A stretch of DNA of 64,000 bases from Patescibacteria group bacterium (GTDB lineage Bacteria > Patescibacteriota > Microgenomatia > UBA1406 > GWC2-37-13): the NCBI GenBank assembly GCA_041660785.1, contig JBAZVQ010000001.1, forward strand, positions 689,538 through 753,537, read 5' to 3'. Shown in pieces: positions 53,096 to 63,300 of this stretch. The stretch's first letter is position 1. Each line of letters starts with the position of its first letter. The notes beneath the pieces were generated by a model that saw nothing but the letters and a program-made list of their open reading frames with translations, did no database searches and was not told the DNA's origin. A program made the translations under genes and the position numbers.

Positions 53096-54159
53096 TTCTC
53101 AAATCAATTTCTTTCCATAACTTTCGCAATTTTAATAAAAAACAGTTTAAAATAAATCCTTATTTGACGGCAATATTTGGAGATAATGCCCGCGGGAAAA
53201 CTAATTTACTTGAAGGAATTTATTTTATATTGCATGGCGAGGGATTTCGAGAAAGTCGCGAGGAGCAGCTAATTATTTTTAATGAAACTAATGGTAATGT
53301 TGAGGCAAAATTGGAAGACAAAAAGACCAAGGATATCAACTCTATAAGAATAGATTTAACTATAAATGATCTTGGATTCAATAAAACTTATTTTTTAGAA
53401 AAGACAAAAAAAGGTCGCTATTCTTACTTGAAAAATTTAATACCAGTAGTACTATTTTCCCCGGAGCAAATTGAGATAATCGATCGGACAATGTCCATCC
53501 GCCGCGAGTATTTTGATAAGTTTTTATCAGGAATAGATCTGGAATACAAAAAACGTTTGACCAATTACAATCAAGCTTTACGAAAAAGAAATAAAATCTT
53601 AGAAACGGGTTTTAATAGTCAAAATCTTGATGCTGAACTAGATTTCTGGAATAAATTACTTATAGATCACGGATCATATCTAATTACAAAAAGAAGAAAA
53701 TATATTGGCTATCTAAATTCCAATAAAGTTATTGATTCAAAAAAATTCGAAATTAAATATACAGAAAATGAAATTAGTCAGAGACGCTTTACCGAGTCAC
53801 TCCAAAAGGAATTATTAATTAAACGAACTTTAGTAGGTCCTCATAGGGATGAATATCATATTTTTATGAATAACGGATCAACAGTAAAAAAGGATATTCA
53901 TATGTATGGATCGAGAAGTGAACAACGATTAGGCCTATTTTGGTTGAAGATAAACGAATTAAAATATTTAGAAGATTTTTTTAACAAAAAACCAATTTTA
54001 TTACTTGATGATATTTTTTCAGAGTTGGATCATAATAATCAGAAGTTAATTTTTGATCTGATTGGCAACTATCAGACGGTTATTACCTCAACTGAAAAAG
54101 AATTGATAAAATTAATTGATCTTTCGGATAACACCTCGTACGATACCATAGATCTGTAA
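53092..54159 (+). CDS. recF: DNA replication/repair protein RecF
   Basis: Walker A GDNARGKTNLLE, SMC-like signature region, Walker B LLLDDIFSELD. Confidence 0.88.
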   Translation: MILKSISFHNFRNFNKKQFKINPYLTAIFGDNARGKTNLLEGIYFILHGEGFRESREEQLIIFNETNGNVEAKLEDKKTKDINSIRIDLTINDLGFNKTYFLEKTKKGRYSYLKNLIPVVLFSPEQIEIIDRTMSIRREYFDKFLSGIDLEYKKRLTNYNQALRKRNKILETGFNSQNLDAELDFWNKLLIDHGSYLITKRRKYIGYLNSNKVIDSKKFEIKYTENEISQRRFTESLQKELLIKRTLVGPHRDEYHIFMNNGSTVKKDIHMYGSRSEQRLGLFWLKINELKYLEDFFNKKPILLLDDIFSELDHNNQKLIFDLIGNYQTVITSTEKELIKLIDLSDNTSYDTIDL

Positions 54160-54681
54160 ATCGTTTATAGGATAAAATGGAGGATATTTTGGATTGGCCG
54201 CTTCTAAATAGTTTATATGCTTTTTTCGATCGGTTTTTAAAATCTTCAAAGTCCATTCATTATCAATTTGAGCTAATACAATAGTTCCAATATTAGCATT
54301 TTTATTTCTCTCAATAATAACAATATCACCTTCAAATATCCCAACTCCGGTCATTGAGTCGCCAGATACCTTTAAAAGAAATGAAGTTTGCGGATTCTCA
54401 ATTAGGTAATCATCAATTGTTAAGTAATCTTTATTTTCTTCAGCAAGAATTGGGAAACCGGCCTTAATAACTCCGAGTAGAGGAAGGGCAAAAAATTTTT
54501 TTGTGGGTGATAGTTTTTTGCTATCTTTTTCAATAAAGCCGAGATCGATCAGCTTATTGATGATTTTAAAAACAGCGTTTTTTGAGGAAATATTAAAGAG
54601 TTTTAACATTTCCGAATATGAGGGAAGTCTGCGGTTTTTTCGGAAAAATTTTTTAATAGCTGAAAGTCTGTCTTCGATCAT
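54112..54681 (-). CDS. lexA: LexA repressor (S24 peptidase)
   Basis: N-terminal wHTH, cleavage site VIKAGFP, catalytic VSGDSM and a downstream Lys. The 3' end overlaps recF by 48 nt (convergent). Confidence 0.88.
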   Translation of the reverse strand: MIEDRLSAIKKFFRKNRRLPSYSEMLKLFNISSKNAVFKIINKLIDLGFIEKDSKKLSPTKKFFALPLLGVIKAGFPILAEENKDYLTIDDYLIENPQTSFLLKVSGDSMTGVGIFEGDIVIIERNKNANIGTIVLAQIDNEWTLKILKTDRKKHINYLEAANPKYPPFYPINDLQIYGIVRGVIRKIN

Positions 54682-54689
54682 AGAGAATT

Positions 54690-54719
54690 ATTATAGTAAA
54701 CACTTGTTCACTATGTCAA
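54690..54719 (-). promoter_or_regulatory. lexA promoter TTGACA-N18-TATAAT with an SOS-box palindrome filling the spacer
   Basis: Minus strand TTGACA TAGTGAACAAGTGTTTAC TATAAT AATTCTCT ATG. The box TAGTGAAC-AAGT-GTTTACTA (54694-54713) resembles the GAAC-N4-GTTC Cheo-type LexA site. Confidence 0.7.
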
Positions 54720-54777
54720 GAGTAAATATATAAATATTTTAACTTTGTATAGAGGTTCTAATAAAGATATTTGGTGA

Positions 54778-55803
54778 CTAGTTAGGTATGATTGTTGGTA
54801 GAGCCCAAGAAGGCGGCGTACCAACATAATTACCACTGTTTGCAACAACTCTAATGTTGTAAAAAATCAAGTTAGTATATAAAGATATATCAGTAAAATA
54901 TGAATAAAATTCTCCAACATTTTCTTGTGAAGGTTCAACTTTTGCAGATATACCTATTAGATTCCATTTATTATTTTTCCAAATTAGTAATGGTCCTCCA
55001 GAATCACCCGTGGCAATTCCTTTACGATATGCGTTTACAATAATATAACCGTCATATTTACTTAGTCCGGTTTTTGGCTTATCAAGTGAGCTTTGAGGCT
55101 TAATATTTAATGTAATGTTTTTGAGTAAACCTAAAAAATTGGGGATAAAATATTGAGTATCTCCATAACCTAATGTCATAACGCTTGAATTACTATTACT
55201 TAAGGAAGAATTACTTATGAAGGAAATTGATTTAAATTTATTTAAATCAATAGTTTTATTAATTTTTATTAAAGCAAATTCCTTTTTAAAATGCTTAAAG
55301 TCTTGAGGTAAGTCCAATTCAGGATCTCTTATAATTTCACTTCCAAATACTAAAATATGATCCTTGTTTATTAAATCAGTTTTTAAATTATTAAACCCTA
55401 AAGCAATTCCAATAGAATTAGGATTTAAATTCTTATTAATAAATCTTCCTGTTTTATGATCCCACTCAACAACGCAGTGACTTGCTGTTACAACATATCT
55501 TGAAGATATTAGTGAACCTGTACAGTAAGTCACATCATATAAATTTGATTTACCGTTTTTTTTGTCAAATTTAAACTTTGTTGTATCGAAAATAGCCACA
55601 ACAAATGGATAATCTGCTACATCGACTACGTCACCGCCGACTATTCTGTTAGGTGCTGCTTTTGTATTTATTGATAATATTTTGGAAGACTTAAGACTAT
55701 ATAAAACTAGTACAATTAAAATTGTTAAGATAATCAAAGACAAAATAAGAAAAGCAGGATTTTTATTTGATTTTTTTATTTTTTTTGCCACTTTAACCAC
55801 CAT
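54778..55803 (-). CDS. Secreted trypsin-like serine protease (S1 family)
   Basis: TM/signal anchor, IVGG activation-type N-terminus, TASHC His, GDSGGPL Ser. Confidence 0.85.
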   Translation of the reverse strand: MVVKVAKKIKKSNKNPAFLILSLIILTILIVLVLYSLKSSKILSINTKAAPNRIVGGDVVDVADYPFVVAIFDTTKFKFDKKNGKSNLYDVTYCTGSLISSRYVVTASHCVVEWDHKTGRFINKNLNPNSIGIALGFNNLKTDLINKDHILVFGSEIIRDPELDLPQDFKHFKKEFALIKINKTIDLNKFKSISFISNSSLSNSNSSVMTLGYGDTQYFIPNFLGLLKNITLNIKPQSSLDKPKTGLSKYDGYIIVNAYRKGIATGDSGGPLLIWKNNKWNLIGISAKVEPSQENVGEFYSYFTDISLYTNLIFYNIRVVANSGNYVGTPPSWALPTIIPN

Positions 55804-55921
55804 TGTATCATAAGCAGAGTCGATTTCCGACCTCTTTCGGGTGCACTAATGACAAAGCTACTATATTTAGACAGCGTAATTATGAGATGTCATTATATTA
55901 ATAAATATTTTAATTAACTGC

Positions 55922-55939
55922 ACTTTAATTAATTAAAGT
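55922..55939. promoter_or_regulatory. 18-bp perfect palindrome ACTTTAATTAATTAAAGT, copy 1
   Basis: Exact self-complementary 18-mer, 119 nt upstream of the protease start. Confidence 0.7.
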
Positions 55940-56071
55940 ATATATATGGGTTTTTATGTTATTTTCTTAAAAATATATGAACTGATAAAACGAGGTATGT
56001 ATCAATAAAAATATATTGTCCTATTGACCCAATATATAGGTTTTGTAGGTTATAAGCGGTTGACATGAAAA

Positions 56072-56089
56072 ACTTTAATTAATTAAAGT
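56072..56089. promoter_or_regulatory. 18-bp perfect palindrome, copy 2 (between a TTGACA hexamer and ATG 56097)
   Basis: Identical 18-mer. TTGACA at 56060-56065. Start codon 8 nt downstream. Confidence 0.7.
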
Positions 56090-56096
56090 TATCAAT

Positions 56097-56528
56097 ATGA
56101 CTAGAATTTCTAAATATCGGGTTGAAGATAAGGTTTTGAAAAAACTTTATTTTTTAATGTTTGAGATTATTTCTAATATGGACGAGGAGGAAAGATTTAC
56201 TGCAATAATTAGTGAATTATTATCTCCAACAGAAAAAATAATGATTGTAAAACGGGTGGCTATCATTTATCTGCTAATGAAAGAAATTGATTATCTTGTA
56301 ATATCAGATGTTCTTAAAGTTTCTTCAAGAACGATTGCCAAATTTCATTCAATAATGGATGAAGGTAAAGAAGTTATGAGTATATTAGAAGCTGTTGTTG
56401 GAAATGAAAAAATTAAAGATTTTTTTGAAGAATTATTATTTCGTGAACCGGGAACTTATGGAGTAAACTGGAAATCGGCTTGGAGGCAGAAATTTGAAAT
56501 CGAGCGCAAAAAACAAAGAGGGATTTAA
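56097..56528 (+). CDS. TrpR/YerC-YecD-like helix-turn-helix regulator
   Basis: LLSPTEKIMIVKRVAIIYLL...ISDVLKVSSRTIAKF parallels the YerC/TrpR-related fold pattern. Confidence 0.6.
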   Translation: MTRISKYRVEDKVLKKLYFLMFEIISNMDEEERFTAIISELLSPTEKIMIVKRVAIIYLLMKEIDYLVISDVLKVSSRTIAKFHSIMDEGKEVMSILEAVVGNEKIKDFFEELLFREPGTYGVNWKSAWRQKFEIERKKQRGI

Positions 56529-56535
56529 TCGACAT

Positions 56536-56553
56536 ACTTTAATTAATTAAAGT
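56536..56553. promoter_or_regulatory. 18-bp perfect palindrome, copy 3 (between convergent stops)
   Basis: Identical 18-mer, 8 nt after stop 56528 and 6 nt before stop 56559. Confidence 0.7.
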
Positions 56554-56558
56554 ATTAT

Positions 56559-57233
56559 TCATTTGTACCATTCTTCATGAAGGGTGATTTTGGCGGTCTT
56601 GTAGTCGATAGTTAAATATTGTGCAAAGCCGTAAAGAATCATACCCGAAACGGCGAAGTGGTTTTTTTCATCTATTTCGCCAAAATGATTATGTCCAATG
56701 ACATAAAACTCGTTATTTTTTGGTTTATATAATTTTTTAATTATTTTTTTTGAACCTTTATTTAATCTGCCAAATGTTAATTGGATTATAAATTTTCCAA
56801 ATATTTTTATTAATAAATTACGGACAAAGTGAACAAGAATTATTCCATAGTGTTTGAACTTCCAGTTCATTTTAAATAACATATCTGGAGTTGGCCTGGT
56901 CTTGTGACCGTGTTCAAAAATATAAATTTTATTATTCAAATTTATTTTATATCTTTCTGTTTGTATTTCTGAAAAAAGATTAACTTGATTATCTGTTGAT
57001 TTTTTCTGATCATGATTTCCATAGATATAAACAGTCTTTTTAGTTTTGAGTAAGGAAAATAATTTATTCCAAGGCGATTTGATAAATTCTTCAAATGAAT
57101 TCATATAACTGTCAAAAAAATCACCATTTATTATTACCTGATCAGAGTTAGAAATTATTTTTTTAAGAAAGTTGAACTTTTTTTGATCAAAAGGAAGATA
57201 GAGGTGAGTGTCGGAAAACACTAGGATTTGCAT
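56559..57233 (-). CDS. Calcineurin-like metallophosphoesterase (LpxH/YfcE-like fold)
   Basis: VFSDTH, INGDFFD, YGNHD, GHNH metal-ligand motifs. Confidence 0.8.
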   Translation of the reverse strand: MQILVFSDTHLYLPFDQKKFNFLKKIISNSDQVIINGDFFDSYMNSFEEFIKSPWNKLFSLLKTKKTVYIYGNHDQKKSTDNQVNLFSEIQTERYKINLNNKIYIFEHGHKTRPTPDMLFKMNWKFKHYGIILVHFVRNLLIKIFGKFIIQLTFGRLNKGSKKIIKKLYKPKNNEFYVIGHNHFGEIDEKNHFAVSGMILYGFAQYLTIDYKTAKITLHEEWYK

Positions 57234-57256
57234 TAGTTTTAATTAAACAATTTTTT

Positions 57257-57313
57257 AATTACGGATTACGTATTACGGATTAAAAATAATTCGTAATTCG
57301 AAATTCGTTAATT
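57257..57313 (-). terminator. Long imperfect hairpin of inverted heptamer repeats downstream of fusA
   Basis: AATTACGGATTACGTATTACGGATTA AAAA TAATTCGTAATTCGAAATTCGTTAATT. The arms are complementary apart from C/T differences. Confidence 0.55.
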
Positions 57314-57330
57314 CTTTAATTATTTAATTG

Positions 57331-59430
57331 TTATTTCTTGAGCATGAGAGCAATGACATTCTTTGGCACTTCTTCATAGTGAGATGGTTCCATGTAGAAA
57401 ACACCACGTCCCTCGGTCAAAGATCGGATCATCGTTGCGTATCCGGAAAGTTCTGATAGTGGGACATTGCTTTTTATGACAACAGCGCGACTTCTTTTTT
57501 CAGTTCCCAAAATTTTTCCTCTTTTTGAAGAAATATCACCGATGACAACACCCATGAAAGGTTCAGGAATGGTTACTTCAAGCTTCATGATCGGCTCAAC
57601 TAAAGTTGGACCAGCCTGTTTGACGGCGTCGTGGAGAGCCATTGACCCGGCAATTTTAAAGGCGATATCGGAAGAATCGACATCATGATAACTTCCATCA
57701 ACTAAAGTTACTTGTAAATCTGTAATAGGATAACCTAAAAGAACACCTTTTTCCGTGGCTTCCATGACACCTTTTTCAACTGAAGGAATGAATTCTGATG
57801 GAATTGAACCACCTTTAATTTTATTGATAAATTTAATTCCTTCACCTCGGGCTAGCGGTTCAACATTGATAACACAGTGTCCATATTGTCCATGTCCACC
57901 GGTTTGTTTTATATACTTTACTTCAACATCGACCGCCGGTTTGGTAATGGTTTCCTTATAGGCAACCTGAGGTTTACCTACAGTGACATTCATACCCATT
58001 TCCCGTTTCATACGATCAACTAAAATTTCCAAATGAAGTTCTCCCATTCCAGACATAATTGTTTGATTGGTTTCATGATTGACCTTGACTCTAAACGTTG
58101 GATCTTCTTCGGCTAATCTTTGTAGAGCATAAGACAATTTTTCTTGGTCAGCTTTGGTCGTTGGTTCAATTGCTAAAGAAATAACCGGTTCTGGGAAAAC
58201 AATTTGCTCAAGTATGATTGGATGATCTTGGTCAGATAGAGTATCTCCGGTCTTCGAATCTTTTGGTCCGATGACGGCAATAATTTCACCGGCATAGGCT
58301 CGATCAATCTCTTCACGGCTATTTGCGTGCATGAGTAAGATACGACTGACTCTTTCTTGTTTGTTACGATTGACGTTATAAACATAAGAACCGGATTCCA
58401 AAACGCCAGAATAAATTCTGACATAAGTCAATTTTCCGACGTGTGGGTCAAGTTGAATCTTAAAAGCTAAACCAGTAAATGTTTCCTGTTGATTAAGGGT
58501 TCTTTTTTCCTCAAGCTTTGTTATTGGATTGATACCGGTAATTTCTTTTAAATCGAGAGGGGACGGGAGAAAGTCAACAATGGCATCTAGAACTGGCTGA
58601 ACGGCTTTATTGCGAAGTGAAGTTCCACAGTAAACAGGGACAATCTTATAGGCAACCGTGGCTTTTCTTAAAGTTGCTTTCAGTTCATCAATTGAGATCT
58701 CCTCACCATTCAAATATTTATTTAGCAAAGCATCATCGTGTTCAGCAATCTGTTCTACCATCTTTGATCGGGCTTTGGTCACTTTATCTTTTATATCAGC
58801 AGGGATCTCGTCTGAAACTGTATATTTGATACCTTGAGAATCTTGATCCCAAACTTTTGCTTTTAAAGTTAAAAGATCTATCACTCCCTTAAATTCAGAT
58901 TCTTTTCCAATTGGAACGGTCATTATTATCGGATTGGCACCCAATCTTTCTCTGATTTCTTCGACCGTTGCCTCAAAATCGGCGCCTAATTTATCCATTT
59001 TATTGATAAAACATATACGAGGAACTTTATATTTATCAGCTTGACGCCAAACAGTTTCTGATTGACTTTGGACACCCTCCTCAGCATCAAAAACAACCAC
59101 TCCGCCGTCCAAGACCCGAAGAGATCTTTCGACTTCGGCTGTAAAATCCACATGTCCAGGCGTATCAATGATATTTATTCTTGTTCCATTCCAAAAGGTA
59201 GTAGTTGCGGCAGAAACGATAGTTATTCCTCTTTCTCTTTCCTGAGGCATCCAGTCTAGCTGCGTATCACCGTCATCAATATCTCCAATTTTATAGGTTT
59301 TACCCGTATAAAAAAGAAATCTTTCACTAGTAGTAGTTTTACCTGAATCAATATGAGCGATCACGCCAATATTGCGTATTTTATCCAAAGGTACATTACG
59401 ATTTTTTGTGACAACTGGTTGTTGGGCCAT
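57331..59430 (-). CDS. fusA: Elongation factor G
   Basis: [21 protein letters not shown], and full EF-G domain order. Confidence 0.97.
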   Translation of the reverse strand: MAQQPVVTKNRNVPLDKIRNIGVIAHIDSGKTTTSERFLFYTGKTYKIGDIDDGDTQLDWMPQERERGITIVSAATTTFWNGTRINIIDTPGHVDFTAEVERSLRVLDGGVVVFDAEEGVQSQSETVWRQADKYKVPRICFINKMDKLGADFEATVEEIRERLGANPIIMTVPIGKESEFKGVIDLLTLKAKVWDQDSQGIKYTVSDEIPADIKDKVTKARSKMVEQIAEHDDALLNKYLNGEEISIDELKATLRKATVAYKIVPVYCGTSLRNKAVQPVLDAIVDFLPSPLDLKEITGINPITKLEEKRTLNQQETFTGLAFKIQLDPHVGKLTYVRIYSGVLESGSYVYNVNRNKQERVSRILLMHANSREEIDRAYAGEIIAVIGPKDSKTGDTLSDQDHPIILEQIVFPEPVISLAIEPTTKADQEKLSYALQRLAEEDPTFRVKVNHETNQTIMSGMGELHLEILVDRMKREMGMNVTVGKPQVAYKETITKPAVDVEVKYIKQTGGHGQYGHCVINVEPLARGEGIKFINKIKGGSIPSEFIPSVEKGVMEATEKGVLLGYPITDLQVTLVDGSYHDVDSSDIAFKIAGSMALHDAVKQAGPTLVEPIMKLEVTIPEPFMGVVIGDISSKRGKILGTEKRSRAVVIKSNVPLSELSGYATMIRSLTEGRGVFYMEPSHYEEVPKNVIALMLKK

Positions 59431-59443
59431 AATTATTGAGGGA

Positions 59444-59917
59444 TTACCACTTCAAATGACTGAATGCTTTGTTGGCATCGGCTAATTTTTCAGTTTGAGC
59501 TTTTTTTGCAACGGCAGCACCCTGGTTTTTGGAAGCTTCGACTATCTCAACCAATAATTTTTGGTCAAATGTGTGATATTCTTTATTCGTTCTAGCTTTT
59601 GCAGCGTCAATAATCCAATTTAAAGCCAGTTTAAGTTTTCTTTCTCTTCGGACTTCGATTGGAACCAAGTATGAAGCGCCTCCGAGACGGCGAGGTTTAA
59701 CTTCGTGGATAGGGGAGACATTTTCAATAGCCAAATGCAATAGTTTTAAAGGTTCGTCAGACTGTTTTTTTAATTCATCAATCATTTTGTAAACGAGTCC
59801 CTCAGCAACGGATTTTTTTCCGTTAATCATCAAATAATTGATTAGTTTGGCCACTTCAAGACTATTGAAAAGTTTGTCTTTTTTAAATACTCTTTTTTTG
59901 TAACTGTGTCTAGGCAT
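59444..59917 (-). CDS. rpsG: Ribosomal protein S7
   Basis: [10 protein letters not shown]...GKKSVAE...[15 protein letters not shown]...HLKW. Confidence 0.96.
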   Translation of the reverse strand: MPRHSYKKRVFKKDKLFNSLEVAKLINYLMINGKKSVAEGLVYKMIDELKKQSDEPLKLLHLAIENVSPIHEVKPRRLGGASYLVPIEVRRERKLKLALNWIIDAAKARTNKEYHTFDQKLLVEIVEASKNQGAAVAKKAQTEKLADANKAFSHLKW

Positions 59918-59922
59918 AAATA

Positions 59923-60345
59923 TTAAGCACTTTTAACTCGTGGTTTTTTAGTTCCGTATTTTGATCTTGAACTGGTTCTTTTATCGACTCCAGCAGCATC
60001 AAATTTTCCTCGGACAATATGATATTTAACTCCTGGTAAATCCTTTACTCTTCCACCTTTTACTAAAACGATTGAATGCTCAGCTAAATTGTGACCAACA
60101 CCTTGGATATAGGCGGTCACTTCCATCTTATTTGACAATCTAACTCTCGCGACTTTTCTTAGAGCAGAATTAGGTTTCTTTGGCGTCATGGTTTTAACAA
60201 TCGTACAAACACCACGCTTTAATGGATTATTAGTCTTGTTATATCGTCTTTTCAATGAGTTAAAACTCATCTTAAGGGCAATAGACTTAGATTTTTTAAT
60301 CCTGTTTTTTCTCTTCCTTTTTATCAGTTGGTTTATCGTTGGCAT
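59923..60345 (-). CDS. rpsL: Ribosomal protein S12
   Basis: Conserved start MPTINQLI at ATG 60345 (the track ORF begins 4 codons earlier). [23 protein letters not shown]. Confidence 0.95.
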   Translation of the reverse strand: MPTINQLIKRKRKNRIKKSKSIALKMSFNSLKRRYNKTNNPLKRGVCTIVKTMTPKKPNSALRKVARVRLSNKMEVTAYIQGVGHNLAEHSIVLVKGGRVKDLPGVKYHIVRGKFDAAGVDKRTSSRSKYGTKKPRVKSA

Positions 60346-63300
60346 ATTGATTTGCAAACTTACCGTAATATTTAGTAATTAACTCGCTTGTGACGGGTAT
60401 TAACCTGCCAATTATAACATTTTCTTTCAGTCCTAACAAGTAATCTGTCTGACCTTTGATAGCGGCTGAGGAAAGAACACTGGTTGTCTGTTCAAATGAT
60501 GCGGCCGATAACCAAGAGTCGGTGTGAATAGCCGCTCGAGTTATGCCAAGGATCGATACTTTTCCAGAGGCTGGTCTTTCGCCTTTTGATAAGACTCTTT
60601 TATTTTCTTCACCAAAGCGAATCTTTGAAACGACCTCATCTTTAATGAGTGAAGTATCGCCTTCGTCTTCAATAATAACCTTATCACTCATTTTTCGAAT
60701 GATAACCTCAAAATGTTTATCATGAATAGCAATTCCTTGGGATTCGTAAACATCTTGGATTTCATCCAATAGATATATTTGGGCTGATCGCAAACCTTTA
60801 ATGGCAAGAACATCATCGATATCGAGATATCCCTCTGATAAAGCTGTTCCAACGGTTATCAAATCGCCATCTTTAATTTTTAGCTTTTGAGCTTTTGGAA
60901 TCGTGAATTTTTGTTCCTGAATTGTAGATTCCTTATTCAATGATGATATGGTAATATCATAAATTTCTTTTTCTGTGTCTTCGACAATGGCTACTTTACC
61001 GGAAATCTCGGCGATTGGGGAGACTATTTTTGGTGTTCTGGTTTCAAACAGTTCTTCGACTCTAGGCAAACCTTGGGTCACGTCTGAAATAACAATTCCT
61101 CCAAAGTGTCGGACTCTCATTGTCAATTGTGTGCCTGGTTCTCCAATTGATTGCGCAGCCATAACTCCGACCGGGACACCAATTTCAACGATTCTGTTGG
61201 TTGAAAGATCGGTTCCGTAACATTTTTGACAGACTCCATAAGGAGAAGCACAGTAAAGTGGTGAACGAACAGTGACCTTGGTAATATTATTTTTTTCTAT
61301 TAAAGCAATTTTTTCGTTATCTATCAACTCGTTAGCTTTGATTATGACCTCTTTATTTTCATTGACCAAATCATTGAGAATAAAGCGATTCTTGATCCTT
61401 TCTTTGAATTTTTCACCTCGAGACATGGTTGTTGAAATTGTTAGACCTTCTTTTACCAAACAGTCTTCTTCACGGACAATCATGTCATGAGAAGTATCAA
61501 CCAATCTTCTTGTTAGGTATCCAGCATCAGCTGTTTTTAAGGCTGAATCGGTCAAACCTTTTCGGGCTCCTCGAGCAGAAATCACATATTCGAAAATCGA
61601 AAGTCCTTGACGATAGTTTGATTTGGTTGGGACTTCGATAATTTTACCTAATGGATCAACAACCAAACCTTTCATAGCGGCTAATTGTTTTAGTTGTTCT
61701 TTTGAAGCTCTAGCGCCTCCCGATTTGATAATTATCTTAACTGGATTTTCTTCATCCAAGGCATTCCAAGTTTTATCAGCTAAATTTTCGGTAACATCGA
61801 TCCATAGCTTATTTGAATATCGTCTTTTTTCATCAGAAGTAAGCAAGCCCTGTTCAAAATTTTTAGTGATCTTTTTAATCTCTTCTTCGGTTTCGTTGAT
61901 AATTTTTGTTTTTTCAGGAATAATTTGACAATCAAAAATTGAAAGAGATAGACCACCGGCAATTGTTGAAGCCCAAAATCCAATTTCTTTTAATTTATCA
62001 ATCAACTCTCCAACTTTTTCATTTTCAAAGATCTTCATGGCAGCAACAACAATGTTCTTTAAATCGGAGGCCTTGACTTCTTCATTAACAAATCGAAGTT
62101 CATTTGGTAGAGCTTGGTTAAATATTATTCGACCAACAGTAGTTTTTATTACTTTGCCACCAACTCCAACATTGATTGGTTGTCTCAATTGAATTTTTCC
62201 AACGGCCTGAAATCTCATTGCTTCATTTTCCGTGGCAAAAAACTTCAAATCTTCAATTTTTTCAGTATCCAAATGGCTATCAATTGTTGTTAGATAGTAA
62301 CAACCCAAAGCCATTTCTTTATTTGGAAGAACGATAGGCGAACCATCCGATGGTTTCAATAAATTATGGTAAGGAAACATTCTTTGTTTGACTTCTTCTA
62401 TAGCTTTATTTGATAAAGGCAAGAATACACCCATGGCGTCTCCATCAAAATCAGCATTGTATCCTGAACAAACGGCTGGATGAAGCTTTATAGCATTATC
62501 ATCAGTAAGAACCGGATAAAATCCTAAAATAGAAAGCTTATGTAAGGTAGGAGCACGGTTAAGCAAAACCGGATGGTTTTTAGTGATTTCTTCCAAAATA
62601 TCATAGACAACGGGATCCTTTTTTTCTAAGAACAACTTGGCGCTCTTAATATTTGGAGCCAATCCTCGAATTATTATTTCGTGCAATAGATATGGTTTAA
62701 ATAACTCTAAAGCCATTTCGCGTGGTAAACCACATTGGTTAAGTTTTAATTCCGGCCCGACAACAATGGTAGAACGACCCGAATAATCAACTCTTTTTCC
62801 CAACAAGTTCTGTCTAAATCGACCTTGTTTTCCTCTTAAAATATCTGACAATGATTTTTGTACTTTAGTATTGGCTCCGGTAGAACGGCTTTTGCCTCGA
62901 GATTTTTGTAAATCAATTAACGAATCAACCGCTTCCTGAAGCATTCTCTTCTCATTTCTTAAGATAATTTCTGGAGCTCCAAGATCAATCAACTGTTTTA
63001 GACGATTATTTCGGTTGATAACTCTTCGGTAAAAATCATTTAAGTCGGAAGTGGCAAACTTGCCTCCTGGTAATTGAACAACCGGACGAAGGTCTGGTGG
63101 GATAACAGGTAGAACGGTGAGAACGATCCATTTAGGATCAATCTTTGCCTTAATAAAAGCTTCAAGAACTCGAGCTTTTTTAAGAAGCTTGTTTCTTTTT
63201 TCTCCCTTAGTTTCATTTAACAATTCCAAAGTATGAGCATATTGTTTTGGGAGGTCATAATTTGAAAGAATTTCATATAAAACTTCCGAACCCATACCAA

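Noticed and set aside
54112-54159. 48-nt convergent overlap of the recF and lexA 3' ends, considered as a sign of misassembly or antisense regulation.
   Set aside because: Both proteins are full length with intact C-terminal motifs. Short convergent overlaps are common in compact genomes.
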